Source: the human T2T-CHM13v2.0 reference genome, Homo sapiens. Taken from it: a stretch of 64,000 nucleotides of DNA. Positions 1 to 15,070 of the stretch are shown here, one piece after another; positions within the stretch are counted from its first letter, which is position 1, and each line of letters begins with the position of its first letter. The translations under genes and the position numbers were made by a program. The notes beneath the pieces are model-generated. The model was not told the origin of the DNA. It made no database searches and was given only the letters and a program-made list of their open reading frames with translations. The DNA lies in NCBI RefSeq assembly GCF_009914755.1, contig NC_060931.1; one strand, written 5' to 3'.

Positions 1-509
1 TAATTTAAATTTGGAATAAGTCAAGGAAGAGATATAAAATGTCTTTAAAAGGTATTACAACTGTAAGTAATCAAAGAAGGAAAAACAAACAAACAGAATA
101 AACTGTTAAAGGGCCAGAATACTAGGAAGAACTTAAAAAGTAGTAAGCAATACATACTTCCTCACCTATATAATATCAAAGAGTTTGGGATACCCACAGA
201 AGCGACTGTGAAAACCTCTGAGACCATCCTCTGTGTTGGTGTCTCCTTAAATCAATGGGATAAATACTGAAAATCTTGTCCAATAGCAATCCAATTTAAG
301 AAGTCACCATAGGTATAAATAGCAAACAATTATATGTTCCCCATCATGGCCAAATGTATCATGTGAGCCATATGTGAGCCATCTACAAAATCAATTATTC
401 AGCAATTCAGTTCATTTCATTGAGACAATATTAATAAAAGGATCAAAAGAACTATCGTCTGATTATGTCATACACAATAAATCACCAACTATTTATCAAA
501 AACTGTTCT

Positions 510-1120
510 TTCCATTCTACCTCTGTGGTTATTGCCTTAGGTCAGACACCATCACCTCTCACCTGAATTAATGTATTAAGTTTTTAATGGGTCTCCCTAT
601 CTCCAATCTCACCAACCCCAGATTACCCTTTAATGATTTCACATTACCTTGAAAATAACTAGGCACTTATTTTTGTGCTCTGGTACAAAAATGCCTTTGT
701 CTGTTGCCACACAGGCCATTATCTCATGGAAAACCTGTTTTCCAGCTGTGTTGAATTCAGTAGTATTCATAGACCCAACACAATCTCTTCTTGTCTTTAA
801 TGTGACGTTTATCCTGAAAAGAGTGCTTTTCTCTCACACTCCCTGTATATCTGGTTGGCTTATCCTTGAATACCCTACTCAAACTTTACCTTCCCCAAGC
901 ACAGTTTTCCATGGTCTCCTCAATGCTGAGCTGCCCTTCTCTGTGGTCCTTTTGCAACAGCTACCAAGCCATTTCTTACATGGCATTTACTGTCTCCTCT
1001 CCTAGAACAATTTCTTAAGACTAGAAACCATGTCTTAATTATCTTTGTGTCCTAGTATCTGAATGTCTGCAATATGGAAAAAACACTCCACTGGTGTTTG
1101 TTCAAAGGATGAATAAATAA
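510..1120 (+). mobile_element. L2 LINE fragment, 3' end
   Basis: L2-like text (caccatcacctctcacctg...; cttaattatctttgtgtcc...tgtttgttcaaaggatgaataaataa) ending in the GAAT-like tail; boundaries approximate. Confidence 0.65.
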
Positions 1121-1280
1121 ACATTTCCTAAAATTGCCTGATACTAAGAATCGCTCAGGTGCTAATTAAAAATTCAGATCGCCAAGCTAAGATTTATATT
1201 GACCAGTATGAATTGAGGCAGAAGATTTTGTACATTTATCAGGTATCCCAAATGATTTTCATAATGAGGAAACTGAGAGA
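1121..1280. mobile_element. MER5-like hAT-Charlie fragment
   Basis: aagaatcgctcaggtgctaattaaaaattcagat...caggtatcccaaatgatttt resembles MER5A/B. Confidence 0.5.
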
Positions 1281-2174
1281 ATTTAATCATAAGAGATAGG
1301 AAAATCTGTCTTTGCATGAAATTTCTCTGTCCTCCGTCCATGGGTTACTTGTTTTTGAGGTATCCATGAGGATACTCCTCCCCCTTTATCTGATACCTAA
1401 CTGTGCTGTGCAAGAAAAACAAAACAATTTTTCATCATATAAGGGCATGAGGCTAATCTATCCTTAGCTCAGAATATAAACTCAGCAAGGGGCTTAAATA
1501 TGATTTCAACATTGTTTGTATTCTTTCAGCTAGCGTTTTCAATGTGGCCTAAAAATGTCATGACTCAGAGTACTTATTTGTAGAATTGCTTCAAAATTTT
1601 ATCTAAACCATTATAATTTCACACCTGGCATTGAAACTACCTAGTTTGCCTGCAAGAACTCCACTTACTTGGCAAATATACAGTACTTGCTGAGACTAAC
1701 TTAGTGTGTAATGCTTTATCCTATAACTCTAGGAATACAAACATTTAAAAAAAAAAAAAAAGGCTGTTCCATGTTGCCTCTATTCAGCATACCTTACTCC
1801 TAATTTCCTGCAATACTCTCTTCACCTCTACCACTCAGGGGAAACTTTTTTTCTGAAAGTCACAAAGAAGCTCTGAATTACCAAATCTAACAAATTTTCT
1901 TCCCATATCCATTGGCTTCTAACTAACAGTACGAGGCAAGTCTTTCTTCAATGCCCATTCCTTGTTGGATTCCTGGCCTTCCTATTTCTCTCTCTGCAAC
2001 TTTTTGGTCTCCTTCATAAACGTATTCTTTTGTTTTGCCTGCTTCTAAATATGTTTGTTCTATTTTGGAATCTAAACGTGTTGGCCTAGCAGTAAAGTTC
2101 TTCGAAATTTGCCAATCTGTTTGGATCTTATCACACTAAACTCCTCTCCGTGTATCCTATGATTTGAGCTGGCA

Positions 2175-2352
2175 CTCGTCAGATGTGGTTTTAAAATGTA
2201 TACTAATTAAAATTAAATAGAATAAAAACTTCAACTCCTCAGTCACACTATCCACATGTCAAGTGTTCAACAGCCACTAGTGGCTACCATATTGGACAGA
2301 ACGTTCATACAACATTGCCTTCATGGACAAAAGTTCTATCGGACAGTGCTAG
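2175..2352. mobile_element. MER3/MER33 hAT-Charlie MITE
   Basis: attaaaattaaat...tcagtcacacta...gtggctaccatattggacag...aaagttctatcggacagtgct. Confidence 0.75.
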
Positions 2353-2659
2353 TCTAGACAACTGGAGTACTCAAATTTCTCATCTCTACACTTTAGCTCA
2401 TTCTATTCTCTGTCTACCTAAAATGCTGTCCACCAATCATATCTCTTCCTATTGAGGTATGACTCGTTCTTCAAGATTTATTCTTAATATTTACCTGTCT
2501 CCAAAGTCTTTACTTATCACTCTAGCTGAAAGTATGGCAGCCCACCTATGAACTCTCAAAGTTGTTTATACTACTACTCTCCCCCATGTTGTTTTGTTCT
2601 GTCATTATTGGTGCAAATGCCTGCTTTCCTTGATTAGAGATATAATGTGTGAAGAGTTG

Positions 2660-3250
2660 ATTGATAGTTGCCAACTGTCATTGAGCACTTTGAACATGTG
2701 AAGTTAAGTGCTTGATCATAGTTCTCACATCCTCATAACTCCCCTGTGAAATATATGGTGTTTTTTCATATCCGCGTTAAAGAAACTGGGATTTACAATG
2801 ATGTAACATTGGACAAATTAAGGTCTCAGGACAGGAGGTCACGGAGTGATGAGCCCTGAATTACTCTAGGTGGGTTTAACTCCAAAGCCCATGCCCTTAC
2901 CCAGGGGAACACACTGCTTCTGAAGATCTCATTCACCATGTTAATGACCACCCCCCCGCCAACCCCACCACGTGCCTCCTAACACTAGGCATGCTCCATG
3001 TGTGAATGAGTGAATAGATGACTAATACTTTGTATGCTTAAGGTCATTTACAATTCACAAAACTTGTTGACAGCTATACTTGATTTCCATATGATTTCCC
3101 CAACATCTCTGACGCAGCTCCACAGGAAATGTTATCTCCATTTCACAGAGGCTGAGAGAGTTCAGAGTCCTTCAGAAGCTCACATTGCTATTTAGTAACA
3201 GGCATAGACAGGACTTCAGCCCACGTGTTCTGCCTTCAAGTTCTGCCAGC
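2660..3250. mobile_element. MIR and L2 fragments
   Basis: MIR core-like motifs (ctccaaagcccatgc; tatctccatttcacagagg) and an L2 tail (gtgaatgagtgaat). Confidence 0.5.
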
Positions 3251-3324
3251 CTTTCTTCAAAACCCTCTGTGAGTTTGAAACTCATCAACAATCAGCAAAG
3301 GCTCAAAGTGTTATTGTATCTTAA

Positions 3325-3636
<312 letters not shown>

Positions 3637-3690
3637 TTAAGATACTGTCTTCTAAAACTTGCCCTTTTTATTGTTTAAAAAACATGATGA

Positions 3691-4048
<358 letters not shown>

Positions 4049-5942
4049 TTAAGTGTTTATGTCTAAGGGAGGGGGAGAGGCAATTTAGTCAAGTTTTCAG
4101 TGCTTTTAAATAGCCACAGATTTCAATCTTTATCATATTGTTTTTGCCCTAACCCTATTAGGATAACTTGCTTACATTAAACAAAATTCTGAGAATGTTA
4201 ATTAGCAATTCAGTTATGAATATGCATGATTATTTTTAAGTCCACTAATATTATGCATAGGTCTTATCTGTAATTATATCTAAATGTTCTCTTTTTTTCT
4301 CTCCCTCTCTATTTCTCCTTCAGGAAAGCCATTTAAAACACATTTGGGAAATGTCTGAAAAAAGTAATTCTATTACTCTTATTTCCAGAATTTTCTTAAA
4401 TATTTTATGGCTATAATTTTTTCCTTCTCAAGGCAAAACAGTACATCACCACATACATTATCATATTTGTTGACAAAATATGAGAGTCAAGGAATTAATT
4501 TTACACCAGTTAAATAACAGAAGAAAAAGTTATTCTGTATTTTCTTCTTTATTATACTAATTTTCTCACATCCTTAAATGGTTTTATATTTTGTGGCTAT
4601 CTGCAATTATATTTAAGGGCGAGTATTATACCACCATTTGTTTCACATCCAACTTGGAGCATTTTGTATTTGTGTATACATATAAGGTTAGTCAGGAGTG
4701 AGAGATAGGATTAAACTCATCTAGTTTGCGTGCCCTTTCTCAGTCACAATGCAGTCTTTACAAACAATTTTTCCTTTAACAGAAAAACTGAAAACATGTC
4801 TAAAAAAATAATTTGCCTTAAGACAACCCTTCTAGGAAATGGCGAAGATCTGTTTCAAACCCAGGCCTGCCTCATGCCAAAGCCTATGACCTTTTCACTA
4901 TTAATGACCAAATGGTTGAATGACTGTTAAATAAGTCTCTTGGGTAAAACACAAACGTGCCTGATACCCCTTCATTAAAATGTTTATTAGATAAATAAAT
5001 AAATTGGTGGACGGAGCTCAATATAATCAGCTCATTTGCCTCCACACCAAAAGAGAACATTTTCAAATGAACATGCAGGAGGAATACATGATTACAAAAA
5101 TGCTTCAGCAATGATTTTGCTTTTATAGGATTACTCGTCCCAAGTTCGATAGTCTTAATGCACATGCAATTTGCTTGAAGTCTATAATGCCTTGCATTTC
5201 AAGCTGAGGAGTCTGATCATCTGGAAACTAAAAATTAAGGATCTGAAATATTGTTAACTAAATAGATTGAACTAAAATTAGCCTCTTAGGACTTAAAGTG
5301 CTTCCACATAAAGTCCAAGAGCTAGAAACGAGAATGATGTTCTCTACAACCAAATATTGCCTTAATTCCAAATTTAGCTTCTGCCACTTGATCTAATGTT
5401 ACATCAAGGCATATGAGCCCTCTGCATGTGAAGAGCTTACACCAATTTGAAGCAAATGCATCACATGGGCAAGAATGCAAATTCCAATAGTAATAATGTT
5501 TCTTTCACTATTTATTTCATTCCTTATTTTTCATACTTGTTGCCACTTTGTGAACCTGCCTCCAATCACTTTACACTGGCTTATTTTAAAAGCCTTTTAA
5601 CTGTTCTCCTTACTGTCACCCTTTTTTCCTAATTCCACTGTTCCTACAAATGGTTGCTAGAAAAATCTTCCCCAAACACAGCTTTTATCACAGGCTCAAA
5701 AACCTATCACAATTCTCTAATGCCTGGTCTATAAGACTCTTAAAGTCTTTCCCCCTTCTCACCAGCCTAGTCTCTCCCTGAGGCAGTTTCTCCATTAAGA
5801 AGAAACAATATTTTGCTATGCCCTGTATTTTCTTATCTGTGCCTTTTGGCATGCCAGTGCTAGTGATCCTAACGTAGAGCTTTCAAACATGCTTTGCAAA
5901 TTATCTTTGATGTATTTTCATATGGGTGTAGTATCAGCCTCT

Positions 5943-6447
5943 GTATTAGTCAGGGTCCCAGAAAAAAACAGAATTCATCCCAGAGTGTTCAAATAAAGAG
6001 ATTTTAATAAAGGAGTTATTTGCATTAATTGTAGACAGACTTAAGGAGCAAACAAGGTGGCAGGGCACCCAAAGGATAGCAATGGTGAGAATATAATACT
6101 ACCCCTAGGGATAAACAGTCAAGGAAAAGGAGCAGTGTTTCCTTAGGAGCCCTGCATCAGAAGAGGTACAGAGGAGAACAGGGCGAAGGGAGTTATATCC
6201 TGAAAGGACGTGATCACGGCCAGCGCACAGGGCCGAAGTAGGACCTGAAGAAGAAATACCCTGACTTCTTTCTCTTCCTGCCCTCCAATATCCTGCTAAA
6301 GCCTTCCATAGGCCCCACCCAAGACAAACACAGAGAGCAGAGAGTCCCAGTCATGCAAATGACAAGGGTCAGCTTCCCAGAGCACACGGAAGACATGGAA
6401 TAGTGTTGAGTGCATGGGGGCATGGCAAATGGAGAACAATTTGCACA
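5943..6447 (-). mobile_element. MLT1 (MaLR) solo LTR, K/L-like
   Basis: Begins tgtattagtcagggtccc, ends ...aatttgcaca; MLT1-type internal text. Confidence 0.65.
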
Positions 6448-9400
6448 GTCTGAGCTAGACTGTAGCCTTCTGGAGGATGGCAATTTCTGAGATACCCCAC
6501 ATTTGGAGTAAGAGAACAGCCACAGACCTCACTCTATGTGTCACTTTGAGCAACTTTGCTTAGTTAGAAGCTATTTCCTTACCTTTAATATAAGAGTAAT
6601 ACTCAGTTTGTATAATAGTCCTGGACATCCAGTGAAAAAATGTGTATAAAATATCTTGTCCCATAAGTGCTAAATAAATTGTAACTACTGCTGTGACTGA
6701 CTAAATAAAAATTATATATGTATAAGTATAAAACCTCTTACAAAACATGTAATAATAAAAGAATGAGTCATAAAAGACAAGAATCAATGAGTGTTAATGG
6801 TCACCTTTGTTGCTCACCTCTACCCTCCATCCCCTGGCCTTAACAAATATGGCAGGACATCTTCAGGATTTGGCAGGCAGATGATTTATTTTACACTAGT
6901 GACTTGGATGCCATTCCTCTTCCTTCCACTCAGTAACAGATGGCGCCCTGGACAGCAGTGACATCTGCAGCCCCAAGGGAGAAGGGTCAGCACAAATTTT
7001 AATTTTGCTTTTGGTTTGGGGCTTTAAGTACACAAAGAGGTTTTTTTTTTTCCCTGTCAGTTTGCATCTAGCTTCGCATCTGACATTTTTTAATGCTTTA
7101 TGTATTTGGATTGACCTAGAAATTTATAGCTTCAGGTTTTTGCTTATTTTGCTCTGTCTCTAATTCAACCTCCTTGATTTAAAAATAAAAGCCAAAATAT
7201 AACATGAACAAATACTCTATTTGTCTGTATCACTAAGGGGGTAAGGAAGAGGTCATTCTGCTCTTTTTGAGCTACTTCTTATTACCATATATTAACATTT
7301 GAATATCTTCAATAACAAGAAACAAGAATACTAGGGATAACCTATAAAAATCTGAGTAAAATTTGACTCATCGCTAAAAAAAACCTTAAAAGCTAAGAGG
7401 AGAACATTTACAAAAATTGTTATGTTCACTGACAAGGCATTAGATTTCAGACTAATTGCTGCTATGAGAATAATAGATAGATACACACATACATAAAGCT
7501 TTATTTTCAGAAGGTCAAGTATCTACACCAAATGTTTCATCCTCCAGAGTTCAGTTTCAGGGAAATCTCTACAATAGCAGAGCCTCCTGATGTTTGTTGT
7601 GGCCACATTTGGAGCCATCAAAATTTCCTACTCAGGCATCCCACAGAGAAAAAGCATCTACCCCTAAGAATGTGAAATAGTATCCTCATTACTGAGTTGA
7701 TTACTCATCAACCTTAATAGTATTTGTAATTCGCCTTTACCCTGGGGCAGTTTTCAAAGGTCATGGGGAAGGCTGAAGGCTGTGTCTATAAGACAGTTTG
7801 ATCAAAATAGAACTAAAGGCTGGCCTCAGGTAGCTGTTTCTAATCTGAGTTGGTCAGAGGACAATGAAAACTACAGTTCATGCCCAGATGTTCTCCTTGG
7901 TCAAGGGGAGACTGGCTAGACAGAGTCAGATCTTAAGGGTCATTTCTGATTGGCCTCCATCCAGAGTATGATAACAAAACTCAAGAAGCTTCGCAGATAA
8001 ATAATGATGTAACTAATTTAGGTGTTTAGATAAATCATTCCAAGTCTCCTTTGTCTGCTTAGGACTGATTTTCCTGGGCTAGGTAAACACCCTGAATTTA
8101 CAAGAGAATGTTCAGCCTCATTTTAACTCTGCAACTGGTAGAAGAAGAAGAAATAGGCCTTCTTCTATTTTGATGGTAGAAAGACAAATAAAACGACATG
8201 CATAAGTCATTTAGAGTAGTAAAGCAAATAATCAACAATTCACAGGATTGAATTGTATGATAAGAAGACATATGGAATTTCTCATCCTGGTTCTTTTCTT
8301 TGTCCCTTTTGTAAGTTACTTACTCCAATTGATTCCAGCTTTTCAATCTGTAAAAAAGGGATATAAGATAAATAATCTCTAATATTCCTTCTAACTCTAT
8401 AAAAATAGCTATTGTTATATGTATCAAGAATAATCAAAGTATATTTTTTTAGATTGTAGACCTATGTTCTCATGAGACTGCATTTCAGATGGATTGGAAG
8501 CAGCCTAATATGTATTCAAAAACCACCACCAAATGAAAGGACTCAGCCAGAATCATGCAAAGCAGAACAATCAAATTCACAGAGACAGACTAAACTTTTT
8601 AACTAAGACTATCATGCAATTATATTGTTGGTATATCCCACGTCTATTGGTTGTATATGTATTCAAAAATTAGGTTTAGAGATGGATGATACACAGATTA
8701 GATAAACTGATAATCAATGGAGAAATGGAAAAATAGACATTTTTTAAGCACATTTTCTGAAATATCAGATGTATAAAATATGTGTATTCAGGAAAGAAAT
8801 AAAATTAGACAGGAGACAATACAGATAACTTAGCAAGAAGTTATTAAGGGTGAATAATAGTATTCGGATATATCTGTCACAAGGCCCTACAAATACTAAA
8901 ATTAGCTGTGATTTTTTTCTGTTAGTTCCCTAGGATTCTGCTAAAATCAGCATCCTCAGGAGCACTGGTTAACACTATGGTGTAAATCACTTGCTGATGC
9001 CATAAATTAAAAAGAAAACAAAAAACTATATTCAAAGTAACTGAGCTATAGGAACATCTCCTTAAAAGATGGAGGCATTAAGAGCATTTTCCACAACCAA
9101 GAACTAAATGTCATTCACCTGTGAATTAAAAAAAGGAAATCAAGGGGGAAAAATGAGCAGCCAGATCAATTGCGTAAACCTTTGTCAAAGATAGAAATGT
9201 TTATATGGGAGTTCTGTGGCTAAACAAAATGCAAACAGCCACATATTTTTTCAACCAACAACTGGATATCAGTAGCTTAAATAAACTCTTTCATCGTTTT
9301 ATTTTTTTCATCCTTATCCTTGCTTTAAAAAAATGGAACACAGTATTTGTTGAACATTTTATGCACATATTGCGTCATAGCCCAATTTCTCAAACTCAAA

Positions 9401-9524
9401 GTCAATTTAGCAAATAGAAATGACAGTAGAAAAAACATATAATGTCCTGTTGGGAAGAACTGTCTTTCATTGTAGTGTGAACTTAATGACTGCATCACCT
9501 ACCTTGAAGTATTTTTTAGGTCTA

Positions 9525-9770
9525 GTTATTCATTTAACAAAGGATTATCCAGTGCCTTCTATGTGACAGGCGCAGTGGCCACAAAGATAAGCAAAAAGAT
9601 ATGCTCCTTATCTTCATGGAGCTTACAATTTAATAAGAGATAAATATCCATCAAACAACCCCACAAATAAATGTACAACTGTAACTGTAATAAAAGCTAA
9701 AATGAGTATGGTGCACTATGGGCATACAGTAGGGAGATCTGACCTAATCAGAGAGTTAAGACAAGTTAGG
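9525..9770 (-). mobile_element. L2 3' end
   Basis: ttattcatttaacaa...ctatgtgacaggc...tcttcatggagcttacaattta. Confidence 0.75.
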
Positions 9771-12700
9771 GGCCTTGTATCCTATTCCTGGAGTCTTGCT
9801 CATCGGCAAACAGGTGAAGGAAGTATTTGTAAGGATAATATATCCTCCTGTACATCCCAAAGTCCCGTCCTGTGCACAGCCACTGACTACGTACCTCTGC
9901 ATCCAAAGCAGACTCAGCTTTCAGCTGGCCTTGCTGAGAGTGAGCCCAGCATATCATGGAAAATGAATTCACCACACTGTGGCACAAACCCCGTATCATC
10001 CAACAGCTTCTTCAACCAGAGCAGCTCAGTCTTGGTCCTTATCCGTGAATGATGGTTGCAGAACCACGCTGGCTTTACAGGGATCTGGGTAGGATCTATT
10101 GCCCCCACCCTGAATGTATTCATAGTGATGTGCTATATGGTTTAGGAGCCTTGGTAAATAAGTCAAGGTAGAACTGTCTCAACTCAGAACTTTCTTCAGG
10201 TAAGAAGTATGCTTCCAACAGAAGTTCCTAACAGGAAGCAGCTATCAACATCAAAGGGGAGTATAGAAATCAATCCAAGACTAACCCCACGGTCTACTCT
10301 TTTCTTCCCTATCATCTGTGCCCCTAAAGAAGTCAGGGGAGTTCCCTGGCCAGACCTAACTCAGTACTTAAATATCTTTGATAGGCCTGGGAAACAGAAC
10401 ACAGGAAGAAAAGTCGTGGCTTTTCACCCCAGCAGTGGAATCTATTCTTGTTTTTTGTAGCTTGAGGTGTTTACACCTAAGGAACAGAAAGTGAACTTAA
10501 AATGCCTTTAATTAAGAAATTAGGTTTAAATGATTCCATATAACAAATCTGATTTAATTTTAAATTTTTGAATACATTTACTCATTCAAGAATGGTTTCA
10601 AACCCTCCGGGGGTGAGAGAAAGGGCAATTCTAGCTATCTTCTACAACTTTCCTGAAATAAAGACAGGAAATCCAATTTGTAATCACAATAAAGTTTCTT
10701 ATCTAAATCCAAAGGCCAGTTTCTTTCTCCCCTTGGAAACATAAGTGCCTGAAGCAGGGGCTGCATTTTGATATTCTTTGTGGCACTTGGCACAGTATCA
10801 TTTCTGTGAAGGTGGCTTGTAAGTAGCCTGGGGTGATTATGGTGGTGTAATTTTCATCACAACCACAGATAACCCAGGTAACTGTGCAGGTACAATGATG
10901 TTCAGCTTAACTTAAGTGGCTTTGTTCCAAACAAGGGCCTCTATTGTAAAAACAAAGCAGGTGTTAAAACATAGAGATATTGAAGATAGGGGTCACTTTA
11001 CATACTAACATGCACTGAAAAGTAAATCTGAGCTGCCCCACATTATTGCCAGGAATTACTGTATACTTAACATGAATCCATTAAGTACACAACTGGACAA
11101 ATGATGAAATTTTATGTTAGTAAAATTCCTGACATATTTCACACCTCTTACTCTATTAAATTACGCTTTTTTAACAAAGAAAAGCTTGCCTACTTCTACA
11201 CATTTTCAATTTTTTCTCCTATGTATTTCATATTAAAATTTCAAAATAATTTGATCAGAGATCCAGTGCACAAAGGTGCCTAAGTGGATAATAATCACCA
11301 AAAACACTTGCAATGGCTGCAGTAGTGGGATTCCCATCAGTGATGTCAACAGTGATGCCAAGAAGACAAAAGAAGAGGGAAGGAGCTAATAACAAAATCC
11401 ACAGAATAAACAGGCTTCATTAATTTCTGAACAGGCTACATAAATCCATTAATGCCTACCGATTAATAACATGGTCATATAAATGAAGTTACTGCATACG
11501 TGTTTTCTGAAAAGCATCATTGCTAATTCATCTTATACTATCAAAATTTCTTTATCCAAAATGTATATATTTTTGAGTAATATCTTCTCAAGAAAGTAAT
11601 ACTTTCTTGTAATACTCAAGAAATACCCTCAATTCCCAAGTACTATAGTTTATATGTGACCAGTTTTTGATATAATAAAATATATAAAATGTAAAGTTAA
11701 ACCTTAGACGTCTGTCTAGTGCTTATTCTGAGTGGCAATGAAATAATGTAATAAAACACAGCAAAAGGCCGAAAGAAGGAAGAGCTATATTTTGGGAGTG
11801 CAGAGAAGCATTACTTCAGAAATGTGTCCAGACAAAGAAAACTCATTCAAGGGATGTGGATAAGGGCCAGGTGGACTAAGGAAGAGGTAGTCTATCTGGG
11901 TGTCTCAAAAAGGAAGTTTTCATTCTGGAATCTGAAAAGAGGATGAATGCACCCGAAAATCAAACCAGCAGAGAGTGTTTCAAGAACTAGAGTTAGAGAG
12001 AAAGAATCAACTAGAGATAGGTACATCAGACATAGGAAAGGAAACCTGTAGCTAACTGATAGCTTCCATAAAGACAAATTGAATAATAAGACTGTGTATG
12101 GTTTACAAAGGCAGGTAGTATTTTTCTCGAAGTGTCCTTGTAGTGAATCTACTATCTTTATATTTGCCATGTTAAAGATACTACTGAGCTGCCCAGAGAA
12201 CAGTCAAGGAAAAAAGATTTTTGGCCACAGGGCTGTGGTCCTTCAGAAATCCTGGAGCTCCTGTGTGATTAGGAAGTTATCAGAAACAGAACATGCTGTG
12301 AGTGTCTGTGTTTGAAGTGAAAGAAGGGAGATATTGAGAACAGCAATGAGTTTGCCCCTTTTTGACAAATCTTACTCTCTGCTTATTTATATCAAATTAT
12401 CATCATCATCACCCTTATCTCCAGTGATTACCCAAGTCTCTTGTTCACACTCCTCCAAACTGTCTACATATACCTCCCCGCCCAAATACACACTGAAGTT
12501 ATTAAGAATTAAAAGAACAAATTGTTTGCCCATCCTCATAATCATCTGTCCTAAAATGTCATTTAAACATTTAATCAAACCTGCAGTCCTCCAGGGGAAT
12601 GTGTGAGTCATGCCGTTCATCCCACACGCTCGAGCGGGGCTTTGTGTCAGTCTTAGGAATGATGCAGACTGGTCCCACAAAGAAATCAGTCACAGGGACA

Positions 12701-14831
12701 TTTTCTGTCATTAGGCAGAGAACAAAAAGCTAACAGTTTCCTGGACTCTACTGAAATAAACTTTTGCACCAATTAATGAAACCCCTATGGAAAGCATCAT
12801 GCCAGAATCCAAGGAGGCTGGCCATGTACTGACACGCAAACTAACACTCCTGCAAAAGAGGGGGTAGGTGAGCATCCTAAGTCAATATGAATTGTTTGTT
12901 TTTCTGCTACTTTGGATCAGCTATACCACTGCTCCCTTTCACAGGTACAAATACACAAAAGAGGGCTTCTGTTTCATAAAAGTGGCTCCGACAAATGACA
13001 CTCCTCAGGGTGCTGAACCCAACACTGGCAGCCAGCCCGTTCTGTGCCCTCAGCCTGCCAGTACTTTTCACTTCCAAAGCTATCAGCCTGTTTCAGACCT
13101 ATGCCTTCACTCTGACTAGGGACAAAGAAAAGATCACAGTGGAAATCCTTCTGTGTGCTGCTAATAAGCCTATTTAGAGTCAATGAGAAAGCCTCATTTT
13201 GCACCACCAATAACGGCCTTCAAGAGTACTACTGAATCAGAAAAACCGAAATGTTTCTATGTACTCCCTGTCCTCATTTTACATCAGCCAGAGAGGTGAC
13301 GCTCAGCAAAATATCGGACACGATGACCTCCAAGTTTCCTTCCTTCTCTAATGTCCTCTGGTTCTCTGTTGGCGAGTAGGATTCAAATTTTATTTAAATT
13401 ATCTCATATTCTGATGGATTCTTGAGCCCTTTTTCAGTTTTAGATAGTCTCCCTGAGGTTTGCTGAATTGGCGTATCTGGAGTCTAGGATCTCTCTTGGC
13501 AAAGAACTGAATATTGCTCCCATCCAACGGCTTAGCTAGCACTGTCTATTTTCTTTCTGAAAAAGATCTGGGTAGGAGGCAGGTGTAGAGCATCTTTCCA
13601 CCTCCCACAGAAGGGCTAGGGAAAGCTTTGTTGTGCATGAACCATGAACAAAAGGATAATTCAAACCAGCAATAATGTCCTTAATAAAAAATAATCATCA
13701 TTTTCCCAAATGAAAATCTACAGTTCTAACCATTTGATCACAGTGATGTAAGCAAACAAACCTGCAGCTAAAGGTTATATACGGGTCGAAGATTTAATGG
13801 AAAGTGATACATGGGTGGAATGACATCACCTATTTGTCAGAATACTAACTCCTCTACCATATCCTGTGTCGGCCCACCGTTGGGGTGTAAGGGAAAGGTG
13901 CATAAAGAGATAAGTACCCATTTCTAAACATAATGCAAGTTTGACATTTAAGCTCAATAGTTTAGCTATAGAGCATTTTGGTAACATAAAAAGAAACCAG
14001 AGCAATTTGAGTGACCTTTGTGAAAGACAGGCATAGAGGTAGCAACCACCAGTCTCACCACCAAAATCTAAAAACACGGAAAATTAGCATTTATCAAAAT
14101 TTCTCAGAGACTATGTTACCTACCCAAGATTCCACAGCTAGGATGCAGTGTTTGAGTGTCTACTAACAAGGCTGGGAATTATTAAACACAGAAAGCGTAA
14201 CAGAAACACTTAGTTCCTCTTGGGTCTTATGGTCCAGTTGATAAAACTTCCAGCACTTTGAACAGATTTTCACTTACTGCAAAGAAAAATGCTTAGCTGA
14301 ATTATTGTCTGTCTGGGTTGCAAGTAGCACACCCCCACCATCTGTAAAATAATATTTTGGTAGACTAGAGGGCATGTTGTTAAAGGAACCCAAAGGAGAA
14401 TTATTTTGATAAAGTTAGGGACAATCTCTAGTATGTGTGTTTTATAATTCTGCAACTTATGTAGAAATATATCTGAATGAAATGTTGTTGAAAAGCTGTA
14501 TATCATTTTAATTTTAATAAATCGAGTCACATTTTATATTCACTGACTGAGAAGTTGGTATTTAGGAAACCTGTGAGAAATTACTTTAATAATTTGTGTG
14601 TATGGCAAACATTCACCTTCTGACTTAATTCAGAATTTCTATATAAAAACAAAAATTTAATTCTTTAATATCATCTTAAAATGAGGGATGTTCATGCCAT
14701 GTTAAATAAATCATTTCCACTTATTTTTAATACATAGTATTAGTTAGGATGCTTGCAGCTGCAAATGATAGAAAATCCAATCCAAAATGGCTTTAAAAAT
14801 TGTTGTTCTATAGGTCTATCACCCTAGACTT

Positions 14832-15070
14832 CTGCTGTCCAATATGATAGTCATTAGCCACATTTAAATGTAAAGAAATCAAAGTTACATTTACATTTAA
14901 GTGTAAAGTAATTAAAGTTAAATACAATTTGAAATTCAATTTTTTCAGTTTGCACTAGCCATATTCCATCAAGTGACCAATAGCCACATGTCACTAATGG
15001 CTGCTCTATTAAACAATGCAGATATGGAAAAATCTTCTTCACCTCAGAAAGTTCTATTAGACAGTGCTGG
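14832..15070. mobile_element. MER3/MER33 MITE
   Basis: ctgctgtccaata ... aaagttctattagacagtgctg terminal inverted repeats. Confidence 0.75.
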
